Origin: Macrostomum hystrix | Lineage: Eukaryota > Animalia > Platyhelminthes | Assembly (NCBI GenBank): GCA_950097015.1 | Contig: CATNEN010000001.1 | Location: 2,170,001-2,234,000 of the forward strand | Length of the DNA stretch: 64,000 nt | Direction: 5' to 3' | Part shown: piece by piece, positions 12,601-23,579 of the stretch | Layout of the letters: each line of letters opens with the position of its first letter | How positions within the stretch are numbered: position 1 is the stretch's first letter | Made by a program: the position numbers and the translations under genes | Notes under the pieces: model-generated | The model's database searches: none | The model's input: only the letters and a program-made list of their open reading frames with translations | What the model was told of the DNA's origin: nothing

Positions 12601-15600
12601 ACGAACATCGCGACAAGACGCCGAGAAGCTGCAGAGTCTGGTGACTAGGCCCATTCAACTGAGATTCAACCAACAGGAACGGACAAGAAGAATCTCTGTG
12701 GAGAGCAAAAGGTAAGATATATTTCAATGTTACTCATTATTATGCAGTCTAGACAGTTGAACTGTTGTGGACAGTTGTACTTTGCCCTTGCTAAGTACAA
12801 TCAAAAACTCCATTATGACTTCTATTAAGTTTTCTTCTTAGTGCTGACTTTAGCTACTATTACAATTGCCTACACAGTCGCATCGATAAAATTTTATCCG
12901 GTAAATCTGCCACGAAAACTGCTGTGAATGGCACGACCGATAGGGCACTAGCAGCTGCAGGTCACGACGACGAAGACGAAGACACCGATGACGATGACGA
13001 TGATGATGATGAAGATGATGTAGACGAGGAAGACGACGACGATGAAGATATTTCAGAGTCTGAACTCATGGAGATGCTTGAGAAGGGCGAGATTAGGCTA
13101 GAGTGTGACAGAAGCGTGTTTAGCGGTAAGGCCTCAAATTTGACTTCAAAATTTCGAAAAATTCCACTTGTTTTGATTGAAAACTTTATTCCCTCGATTT
13201 TTCAGGTGTAAAATATCGACCAAAAGAGTTGGAACGAATGCCAGATAAGAGGACGGAATTTCGCGAGGTGACCAAACACCTGGTTGTTAAGCAGGAGATC
13301 ACTGTGAGTGTTATTATATAATTCAAAACTCGTAATTCGAGTAAAAATATTATAAGTTTTGAACGAGAAGACACACTAAATATTTCAGGGCAAGGATACC
13401 AATGAAGTAAGAGTCAATTCTGTCAGGTTTGGTGCATTTCAGTGTTGCCTTCATGCTTATTTGATATTCTCCTTCATTTAGTTATAAAAGTAATTTATCC
13501 ACCAGTTATGAAGCCGAGTCATTGTTTCGCAGGTATTGCATATCGAGCCAAACATGACGTCGGAGCAAGCCGACGCATTTGTGAAACTGTTCGACGAGTT
13601 GGACGTTAACAAGGACGGGCGCATCGCTATGGAGGAGGTGCAGAAACGCTTGGACGTGTTCAAATCCAAGCGGAAAACGGATGTGAAAAAGTTCATCAGG
13701 GTACAACTTCACTGTTCATTGTTTTCGTAATATAATACAAATTTTCGAACTGATTCCTACATCTCATATTCTTACCGTTATAGGTGTTCGATCTAAATGG
13801 CGATCGCACAGTTGATGTGCGAGAATTTCTCGCCGTAGCAGCTCTCAATGATAGCCTCTGCAAACAAAAAACTACCGATCCCAAAGCTGATTGGAATCTG
13901 AACTTGGACCTATGCTCCTATTACATCACCGTCTACAAGGTGAGTTTTTGATCTCGATCTTGAAATCTATTTAAGTAGCTCAGGGTCAGCGGCGGAGCGG
14001 TTTACCTCTTGCACTAAGGTCCCTGAGCTCGATTCCGAGGCGAGGCCAGATTAAATTGGGGCGCAGCCACGGAGAGAAGGCTTGGTGGCTTGTCGTGCAA
14101 TTTACGCCCTTGAGGGCCAACCTCCAAGGCACAGTGGAATGTGCACTGTCTGACGATGAGAAAGTCAGGGCAGATGTACACACTCTGTGTGAGCGAATGC
14201 CTGCGTACGGTATCTGTGCACGTGTGCGCGTCAGGGGTCAGGGAAATGGGGAGAATTGCCTCATCGCTGGCTGGGGGTCTAGTGTCACCAAATGATGTGC
14301 CATTGCCCACAGCCCTCCTGTAATTATTAATATTATTATAAATTATTAGCTCCATAAGTTTCTACTCTTTTAAAACGATTTTAAGGAAATGTTTGAGATG
14401 GCCGATCAGAGCAAGAATGGCAAGCTGGGGCTTGAGGAACTGATGGTGATTGTCGCAGTGAGTCTAGACGCCGATTCCGGTACAGACCTGCAGCTGATGG
14501 AGGACGTACTCAACTCCATCGATAGAGATCACAGTGGTAAGTTCAATTGATTGCAGACCAGTTATTATTATTATTCAGCACTTAAATTTTTAAAGAATAT
14601 TTATTTAAGTTACGTCTTTCGTTAAAAGCAATACTTGCTCGATAATCGTTATAACCATGACTAGTATAACTTTTTTCTAACCTGCATTCATCGTCATACA
14701 GCGTTAGGCTGTTCAATATATAGTGCTTATTGCTCGTGTATATGAGCCAATAAAATATTTGGTTGTCATAGAACATAGACTTCTCCTATGTTAAACAAAG
14801 AAATTACTTTTTTATTTAATTCGTTTTGACGTTTTTGAAATGTAAAAAAATAATATCGTTACTCTGAAAATAGTTTTTTTAGCAGTTGTTTAATAACTTG
14901 CATGGTTATCATGGATCAGAATGCCTGTGGAAGAAGCTAATGAAGTGCCTATTTCAATTTCTAATTTCTAATTTCAATTCCGAGCCCTGATCCTCTCTGT
15001 CGCTTCATACTAGACGGGCGAACTTAGTTATTTTTCGGAACCATTTGTCAAGTCTACTGAATTAGAATGAGGCAAAGACATTGGATTTGTATAGCTTTTA
15101 GCTGCAAGAGAGTACTGCATCCATGCGTCCTACTGTACTCGTACTTTAGATAGTACTTGCCATTTCTATGCTTCGTGAGCTATCGTTAGTAATACAATTT
15201 TTTTTATAATTTTCCTTACTATTACTGCTTAAATTACTTCTAGTTTTATGTTGCTACTTTCTGCCTACACTGCCAAACCTATTGTTCGAACCATCCGACA
15301 CCGCTAACCACTTTTGTTACAGATTTTCACAGCAATCAAGGTAAACTGTTAAGTCATGCATGTACTTTTTGCTCATGAATGGAATAAGCAATCAGAAAAA
15401 GTACTGATCTAAAAAAACCTCGCTTATTTTAATACTAGAGATAGAAAACAGGCTTGCTAATTGGAAAATTCATTTACGACTACAAATCAGCTCTTAGCAA
15501 TAGTTTAAAAATGAAATTGATCATTACTGTTCGAAGTGAGTATAGTATAAGTACGTGCGATAAAATCGTTTATGCCTGCTATCGTGCGATATCTACACGA

Positions 15601-17188
15601 TAAGCCGCCTATAAGCCTCAATGTACTGTAGTCAGCTTTGATGGTCTAGTCGAAGCCTTTGAAGTTTTTGGCGCGCTCGCTTTGCACCCGTTAAACTTTT
15701 AGCGATCTCATTTTAGCTAATGAGATACCAGGCACACCATTTTATTGATTCTGTAGCTACATTCCTTTCAGATACCTATTTTGTTTAAGTAATTCAATTT
15801 TGCAACCATTTTGTTTACTTTTTCTGTTACAAGTAGTTGTCATGCTATAACCTACACCTGCTTATTGTTTTACATATTGTTGTTCGTGTATAAATGTTAT
15901 TTCGAAACTCTTTGAAAACGAAATTTAAATCTGCTTCACAGTCTCAGTTGACTTTGATTGATCAGAATGACAAACAGACACGTTTTCTTTTCTGATAGAT
16001 TTATTTTAAAGTTCGACTCATTGTAAATAGTTTGTAACTTTCGTAGCGCGCATAATTCAATTATGAAGGTTGCTAATTACTCGTAGTTCGCACTCATAGA
16101 GAGGCACACACACGCGAGCTTCTTATGGTGCTAAATGATTTGATAACCAAAGCAGCACATTCCTGTAGTTTGTAGACCAGTCGGTTTGAAATGCACCCAA
16201 GGAACTTTGACCATCTGGAATGGTCTGCAAGATGTGGAATTGTATAAAAGTTAATCTGAAATAAGTAATATATTCTGCCATACAATTTATAAATGAAAGA
16301 TTTTGCAACTTGTGACAGTTTTCACAGGTACTTTCTAGCCAAACCTATTCAAATCAAAGCCTAATGTACAGGGGGTCGGTGGCAGAGCGGTTAACGCGTT
16401 TGCCACTCGCACCACAGTCCCTAAGTTCGATTCCACGGCGAGGCCACATTCATTTGGGGAGCAGCCGCGGAGAGAAGGCTTGGGGGCTTGTCGTGCAATT
16501 TACGCCCTTGATGGCCAACTTCCAAGGCACAGTTCGAGTGTACACTGCCTGACGATGAGAAAGTCAGGGCAGATGTACACACCTGTGTGAGCGTATGCCT
16601 GCGTACAGTATCTGTGTGCGTGTGTGCTCAGGAGTCAGCGAAATGGGCAGAATTGCCTCGTCGCTGGCTGCGGGTCTAGTGTCACCAAACTATGTGTCAT
16701 TGCCCGCAGCCCTCCTGCAATTATTATTATTATTATTAAGCCTAATGTACACTTCTGCACGCCAAAAATTTAAATATTAATGAGGGTTGTAGCCTAGTGG
16801 ATATAGCTCCGACTTGAAGGTCGGAGTTTCGATTCCCAACTCCACTACTTAACAGATTGTGTCCTTCAGCAAGACATTCAATTTCTCAAGTTCACCCAGC
16901 TGTTCAATGGGTGCCAGCATCAGATGGGAATTTCCACCAAACCACATGGACTCAACAGCAGTAATAGATGTCGGCTCAAAATCTAGCACAATTGGCTTGT
17001 TGCAATTGAACTGCATAACTTAACATTCCATTTCTGAATCAGGTGAGATCGACTTTGTGGAATACCTGACCTACATTCCTGTGTTCCTGAAGCTGCACCA
17101 GTTCCTGCTGAAGAAGCCAATGCTGGTTGAAGATCTAGAGAAGTCTCGCCGTCTAATCAAGAAGTCGCTGCGAGCTAACCGGAAGTGA
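6577..17188 (+). CDS. Large low-complexity protein with four C-terminal EF-hands (calcium-binding), 13 exons
   Basis: Frame-consistent GT-AG exon chain: 6577-6930, 7325-7446, 7902-8061, 8767-8924, 9512-9671, 11568-11613, 11700-12711, 12878-13125, 13206-13303, 13533-13700, 13784-13939, 14386-14536, 17043-17188. EF loops: DVNKDGRIAMEE, DLNGDRTVDVRE, DQSKNGKLGLEE, DRDHSGEIDFVE. The 3' exons are well supported; linkage of the first five exons is less certain. Confidence 0.75.
7085..7180 (-). mobile_element. Fragment of the internal repeat of the hAT-type MITE family
   Basis: GGGAGAGATGAGACA units are the reverse complement of the TGTCTCATCTCTCCC units inside the MITEs at 33812 and 52863. Confidence 0.45.
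7730..7800 (-). mobile_element. tRNA-like head of SINE family B (truncated)
   Basis: Reverse complement reads GTTGCAGCCTATTGGTAAGGTCGTCGGACTCACGACTTGAAGGTCAGGGGTTCGAGTCC, matching the head of the copy at 23070. Confidence 0.65.
8154..8530 (+). mobile_element. tRNA-derived SINE family A (diverged copy)
   Basis: Shares body blocks (AGGGCCAACC...GAGAAAGTCAGGGCAGATGTACAC...GGGTCTAGTGTCACCAAA) and a TTA-rich tail with the copy at 16371. Confidence 0.8.
8935..9480. repeat. Near-perfect 15-bp tandem array (TATCCCAAGGGATTC), about 36 copies, intronic
   Basis: Visible directly; fills most of intron 8925-9511. Confidence 0.97.
12223..12556 (+). repeat. Coding 12-bp repeat encoding (QSAD/QSAG)n
   Basis: CAGAGTGCCGAT and CAGAGTGCCGGT units within exon 11700-12711. 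Confidence 0.9.
13983..14346 (+). mobile_element. tRNA-derived SINE family A
   Basis: Has an A-box-like GGCGGAGCGG, a B-box-like CTCGATTCC, the family body and a (TTA)n tail. TAGCTC on both flanks is a possible TSD. Confidence 0.85.
16371..16737 (+). mobile_element. tRNA-derived SINE family A, full length with a 14-bp TSD
   Basis: A box TGGCAGAGCGG, B box GTTCGATTCC and a (TTA)n tail. AAGCCTAATGTACA is duplicated at 16357-16370 and 16738-16751. Confidence 0.92.
16784..16930 (+). mobile_element. SINE family B (tRNA head plus CORE-like domain), truncated
   Basis: GGTTGTAGCCTAGTGG head followed by GTCCTTCAGCAAGACA...TTCACCCAGCTGTTCAATGGG. Confidence 0.75.
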
Positions 17189-17359
17189 CCACTGTGACCA
17201 TAGAAGCTTCGAATGAAATCCAAACAACTATTTTATATTAAGACATCTAGCTTTTGTTTTGCCTTAAAATTTTTTTAAAGTTTTTTTAAACTTTTCTTCT
17301 GTTCATCTATGCTTTTGAAGTCCTGAGTTTTCTCTTTGATTACGCTTTTTCAATTTACT

Positions 17360-17657
17360 TAATAATAGTATTGGAACACTTGCACGAGGACTACGGGCTA
17401 TGGTAACAGTAGACCCGCAGCCAGCGAGGAGGCAATTCTGCCCATTCGCTGACTCCTGAGCACACACTCACACAGGGTGTGTGCATCTGCCCTGAAATTT
17501 TCATCGTCAGGCAGTGTACACTCTCACTGTGCCTTGGAGGTTGGCCCTTAAGGGCGTAAATTGCACGACAAGCCTAATGTGGTTCCCCTAATGTGGCTCG
17601 CCGCGGAATCGAGCTCAGGGACCTTGGTGCGAGAGGCAAACGTGTTAACCGCTCTGC
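17360..17657 (-). mobile_element. SINE family A, reverse orientation
   Basis: Reverse complement of family A blocks (AGACCCGCAGCCAGCGAGGAGGCAATTCTGCCC...GTTAACCGCTCTGC). Confidence 0.85.
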
Positions 17658-18273
17658 TTTTTCAATCGCTGAAATGAAGTATGATAGGAAAAATTATTTT
17701 TTATTGCATACAGCAAGTCTAGTGAATACATGCACCACAGAAACAAGAATCTGCAAGCTCAATTAATCTTCATTTTAAGTTTGGCCTGACTATATTTTTT
17801 TCACCGCATGTACTACTTTCTCCTGTTTGTTCAACGAATTTTAACAAACTTGAAGCATGAACCGTCTACTAATATTTTATTTAAATAAAATTAACGTTTG
17901 TTTTTATGTGAGTCATTAACAACGTGAAAAAAGAGTTAATGCAAAGGATTTCACTTGTATTTATTGTTGTCTTACTCGTAATTTATAACAATAAATTTAT
18001 ATTGACGAGTTATAACTTTTTTAATCGCGACTTTGTCTAAAAGTGCCTTTGGCCCCAGAAAACCCAAGGTGACGCTGTCGACAACATGTCTAGGGCCACA
18101 AGTGGTAGAATCGGTAATAGCGTGTATAGAGCAAACATTTTCCCACCATTTGTTAAAAAAACGAAGCAACTGTCTATGGCCAGTCTTAGATTTTCATCGA
18201 TATACTCAGCTGGCCAAATTGATTGAGTGAAAATGTGTGGTTTTTTAGTCCGGCGTTCACTAATTAGTTAGCC

Positions 18274-20675
18274 ATGCTTTACATTCTGCTCGTGACCGGC
18301 TGTTTGTTCATACAGCCATCCCAATCTGCGTACAATGAGATCCTATTCAACAAACAAATGCTCTATCAACAGCTAATAGCATATCGCACTGAGTACATTC
18401 GTTCTGGCGGAATGACAACAACGACAGCCAAAACACCTCAAGTCACTGTAGAAGACTTGCCTCCGTTTCCAGGTGTGCAGCTAATCGACTCAGACGGCTT
18501 GTCGTTCGATCTGAAAGTGCAGAAAATCGACCTGTCGTTAATAGCTTATCAAATCTTTACCATCATCTGTCAGGGCGACAACGGCACATTTGAATGGGGC
18601 GTTCGCAACGGAAAGGTGAATCTAATAATGTTTGCTTCAGAAATCGAAGTCCCGAAACCCAGTAGACACTGATGGAGACCCAAATAATGCACTCCACCAG
18701 ACATAGCTTCCGTAGATTCATGAAAATAATAAGAAAACGTCAACAAAAATCTTTGTGAATCGGTCGCAGGGCGCAATACCGCATCTCTTGCCGAACGGTT
18801 GGATGACGAATTCGATTCCCCAAGGCTATCTAGTGCCAATGTGCATGTGTGACGGCCAACCTGCGGTGCACAGGACAATCACTCGATTGGCCAATGCCGA
18901 GCCATTCATACCTCTGCTAGACAGGGGTTTTAGCCATCTGTCAACCATAGTGATGGAGTCATGCAGTGCACACAAGGCAATCAATGTTTACTGGCAGTCT
19001 GTCTGCAGCGCCTGCAAACAGGACACCACTAAGACCTGCGTGGCTTTGTCTAAGAGTAACGACACAGCCAATGTGATTTGCAGCTGCTCTCACGGCTTCG
19101 ACCCCCAGACTCGATGCACTACTGTTACAGACCAGTGCTCAAGTCGAGTTGCACCTCACAGCACAGAAACTGGGAGAGACCTTTGCGAGGTAAGCCAATC
19201 AACATTAAAATAATGATTTTCCCTATAATGTTTTCTGTGATCGACTGTCATTTCCCAGTACACCATTATTAGTAAATTATATTCTATTCCGTGCTCCATA
19301 TTCTATTTCATAATTTCGTAACAGTAGACCTTTAACCAGCGAGGAGGCAATTCTGCTCATTCCTATTGCTCCTGAACACACACACACTCGGATTCAGTAC
19401 GCATGCACACAGTCAAACAGAGACGTGTGCACCTTTCTTGGGTTTCTAATTGTCAGGCACTGTCACTGTCACTGTGCCTCATAGGTTGGCCCTAACAGTC
19501 GTAAATTGCACGACAAGCCACCAAGCTTACTTGCTGCAACTGCGTTTCAAATAAATGTGGCTCTCCATGTGGAATCGAGCCCACAGATCTTGATATGACT
19601 CTGCCATTCACCTTTCCACTACAGACCAAAGAAGGCAACAAATGCATAGCTAACGGTGACTCCTACATGTGCCTCTGTTACTTGCCCTATTTTGAGAATA
19701 AAACCGCCATCAGCATGCCTAATTGTCGGGGTAAGCGGCGTCTGATAGACTGCGAAACTAAATTTTGTGGTAACGGCGTCTGCGTCCAATCAAGCAACGG
19801 CGTTGGGGTTAAGTGCAACTGCGACCCGGGCTTCACTGGACCGCAATGCACCCAACCTTTGGCCAATATTACCGATTGGACAGAATGGTCGGATTGCTTT
19901 CCATTGTGCGCTAACATTGGCGGCCAGATCCGAGCACGCGATTGCCAGTCCGGCGACTCGGATCCGCGCTTTTGCGAAGGCTACCGACGTCAACATAGGC
20001 GATGCTGGTCTATGCGCTGCACTGAAAACAATCTGATTAAAGTGATGGTGCAGAACCTGAAGGATCCAGCGCCGACTAGTTTGTACATGTCGTCAATTGG
20101 CGCCTTTGTGGGCACCTTCTGCTTTGTATACTTCATCGGCATACTGATCTCGATGGGCTTGAACTTTCAGGACTGGAAGCTCGAGGCAGTCAATCAGTCT
20201 GGCAAGCTGGCTTACATCATCGACCAGGTCAGTCATTTTCATTTGGCAACATACAAAAATAGCTACAAGATAAGTTTTCAAAAACTAAATATGAAGGGTG
20301 CCAAAGTAGCTCAATCCCTTCATCCGAATGCCAGTCCTAATTTCCAATTCGGTCTTTTCACGCCAGGTGTGCGATGAGCTGCTGCTTAGGCGCAGTGAAA
20401 AAGAGTTGAATAATCGTCGGGAGAAGCGTCGGAGGCATCTAGAAGATCCTGAAAGTTTCGACGACGGCGACGGCGAAAAAAATATGGAAGAAGAGATCAT
20501 CGGCGAGAGCGAGCAGTTCTTCCACAGGGGCGTGTTCGTGCCTAGACCGGTGGTTGACCACCTGACCGGGGCGACTGTGCTACAGAAGCGCAGCACTAAA
20601 AAAAAGAAATCTGAGAAGGCGGAGAACACCAACTATGAGCAGACTTTACCACTTGAAATAACGGAATCTACTTGA
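18274..20675 (+). CDS. Type I membrane protein: signal peptide, cysteine-rich EGF-like repeats, TSP1 domain, TM helix, charged cytoplasmic tail
   Basis: Exons 18274-18615, 18716-19189, 19625-20227 and 20367-20675 join in frame. Signal peptide MLYILLVTGCLFIQPSQS; EGF CGNGVC...CNCDPGFTGPQC; TSP1 WTEWSDC...QIRARDC; TM IGAFVGTFCFVYFIGILISMGL. Confidence 0.8.
19315..19595 (-). mobile_element. SINE family A, reverse orientation, diverged
   Basis: Contains CCAGCGAGGAGGCAATTCTG and GTAAATTGCACGACAAGCC blocks. Confidence 0.75.
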
Positions 20676-20918
20676 AGTAGAAGCACCAGAAAATAAAATC
20701 AAAGCTTATCTGCCTAAATCAAGGGCGAAGACTGATCTCGAAGGAACCGAAAAAGTTATTTTGATCTATTGAAGTTGAAGTGACTGAAATGACATTGTTC
20801 GTTGATCTCGTACCTGTGTTTTATGCGACAGTTGCATTCTTTGTTTTACGAGTATTAAAAAACTGGTTCATAGTTACAAAAGTTGTAAATGGCATTGGTT
20901 TATATTTTCTTAGTTTCA

Positions 20919-21125
20919 GAGGGGTTGTAGCATTGTGGTTTGAGCATCGGACTCAACCATACTCACAGGAAGTGAGCTCGATATCCAGCTCGATCCCCAG
21001 CATCGTTTCACTCAGCTGTTAAAAGGGTACCAGCATTAGCTGGGGTAATTGAGAGTGGGTGAGGCGTCCACCCAATTCATGGAATAAACTTGAGCCGTAC
21101 GCCACCTTCAGATGCGGCACGCTGG
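20919..21125 (+). mobile_element. SINE family B, internally deleted copy
   Basis: GGGGTTGTAGCATTGTGGTT head and CAGCTGTTAAAAGGGTACCAGCATTAGCTGGG...GCCTTCAGATGCG-like body. Confidence 0.65.
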
Positions 21126-22152
21126 GACTCCTTTTTTGCTTGTCGTGCCAAGCGTGACTACAACTATCGAGACCACGCACCGAACAAGCCTCATCGTTGA
21201 TGTTAACTGAGCGAACCCATTCTTTACTACTGAAAGCATATATAAAGTAAACATAGAATAGTTTAATATTGATTTGAGGACGAAGACTAGGGGGGAAATT
21301 AGTCAAAAAGCACTTTTAAAGGCTGACTTTAGTGACCATCAATATTGAGTGCATTTACTCGTACGAGTAGGCAGTTATCTTTTGTTTGGCTAGCTTTTTT
21401 AATTAATTCTACGGGAAATCTAATTAATGAATGCATTCCGAAAACGCACAGTGAACAAATCTCAGATCAGTGAGGCCTCTATCACTGAAGAGCCATCCAC
21501 AGCTGATGCTGAACCGAGAGCTGCGAGAAGTTAGAACTGGAAATAATAAAGGAGGACACACGAAAAATGATAAATACGGGAAAAATAACAGGATGCGATG
21601 GGGAACAGTGCGCCCACTGCCAAGGCAAGGCGAGGAGAGAAGCCAATGATTTGTAGGTTATGAAAGACGCGCTTCTGTGTACTCACGTGTACTCTCCCCA
21701 ATCTCGCTCCCAGTCTGTCGCTCTCTCACCCTCTCTTGGCGCGGAATGTACTTTAAAAGATTGGCGAGAGAACTAGAGTCCGCCCTGGTGGCATGGACAC
21801 ACTTCTCTCTTCTGTCTTCTCTCAGTCTGTCCCTCGTCTCTTCTTGTCTCGAATCAATTCGCTAATAGACTGTGCTTGAGTTCCAACTTCCTTTCCTCTG
21901 TCCAGGGCGTCCAATAGTTATTCTCGATTCCCAACGCTGCCACAACAGCGGAGCTCGTCCGCCAAGTTTGTCTCAATTACAACATTAGCAAGCGGATCTG
22001 TGAGAGATAACATGAGCCTGCAAGGAAAGGAAGACCTTGACTCCAGCATGTTTTTATTTATAGCTAATTAGCATCTTCACGAAGTTAATTCTCGATTGAA
22101 CAGAATCAGAAAAACCTTCAATTAGTACCAATTGAAGAGGCAGCTAGTAAGC

Positions 22153-23499
22153 ATGACAACAGAAACTTCAGCAGTGAAGTACAGTCAGTACGGCGACATC
22201 GATCAACTACTAGAAGATGTTCTGTTGGCACCTTCAATTCGCAGTCGACAGTCCGCCAGTCTACAGCGCGAAGCTGCTGGCGTTACAAGCGTTGAGAGTA
22301 AACAGCTGGCGACACCCTTTGAAGTCGAAGCATACGCTCAAGTCGACAAGAAGCCTTCGAATGCTATGAGCAGCATCGAGGACCAGCTTGAACGGCTGCG
22401 AAACATCACCATAGCCGGCGGGACGACAGTCAGCAAGCGGTGCCAGTCCTACGAAGTCCTGGAGCGAGTCAGGACCTTCAGGGTCTATCCGCCATTGCCG
22501 CCGGCGCCTAGGAATCCAATGCCGATGAAGACTGCAGGTGTGTACTGATATGGGAGATGATTGCATAATAGAATATAGTCATTTATTGTCTAATCTGTCT
22601 AATCAACCAGCTTCGACTGCCGATCAGCTGCCAAGCGTGTCTCACGGCGAAGACGCAGACAATGCTGAATACGCCACAGAGGAGGTGACCGCTCTTAGAC
22701 CAATTGGTCGAGGAATTCACACTCTAAAGTCTTACAACAGGATGCGGCTTGCAGGGACAAAGCAGCAGCAGCAGCAGCAGCAGGTACAGCTATTCAACAA
22801 GCAGCAGTGTCAACATTATCAATCGACGCCGTCTCTGCAAGCAAGTCAGAATGCCTCGCCATATATTGGAGGCATGAGAGGCAAGTACTCGGATATTACT
22901 TGAAAGCTCTAAAAACACACATATGAACACACTTATGAACCTATGAAAACGAGAAACAATGCTTCTGCTAAAAAACTAAAAAAGATGCTTAAACATTTTT
23001 TTCTTTTTTTCGTGGCGAATATGGTTCAACCCCACAAACTTTTTCCGTTGAGGTCCACTGTACCACCTAGAGGTTGTAGCCTAGTGGTTAGGGCGTCGGA
23101 CTCACGACTTGAAGGTCGGGGGTTCGATTCCCGACTCCACTGGAACAATTTGCGTCCTTTAGCAAGACACTTAACTCTGCATTGCTTCAGTTCACCCAGC
23201 TGTTAAATGGGTACCAGCATCAGCTGGGATAATTGAAGGTGGGTGTGGCGTCCCACCAGTCCGTGGACTGAACAGCTGTACGCAGCCTTCAGATGCGCCG
23301 CGCATTAGCTGCGGCTGTGCTGTCGGCTGCACATCTGACCCAATTGGGGCAGGTGTAATAAAAAAAAACCACCTAAGTTTACCAACTTTAAGCTACTCTT
23401 GTTTGCACTTTAAACTGTCGACATCAAGTTAAGAAAAAATGCATTTCTTATTATATTACATCATTCAGCTGCGACATTGAAGGCTTCTTCCGTATTGCT

Positions 23500-23579
<80 letters not shown>

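Noticed and set aside
16545-16575. Hammerhead ribozyme core (CTGACGA...GAAA) in SINE family A
   Set aside because: Only 3 nt separate the core motifs, so there is no stem II. The segment is better explained as a simple TGCCTGAC/GTCAGGGCA hairpin.
18616-18715. Apparent frameshift or stop between ORFs 18274-18672 and 18755-19213
   Set aside because: A 100-bp GT-AG intron explains it.
23070-23145. tRNA genes at the SINE heads (also at 16371, 43756 and 51742)
   Set aside because: Each continues into a SINE body with a tail and often a TSD, and the cloverleaf is imperfect.
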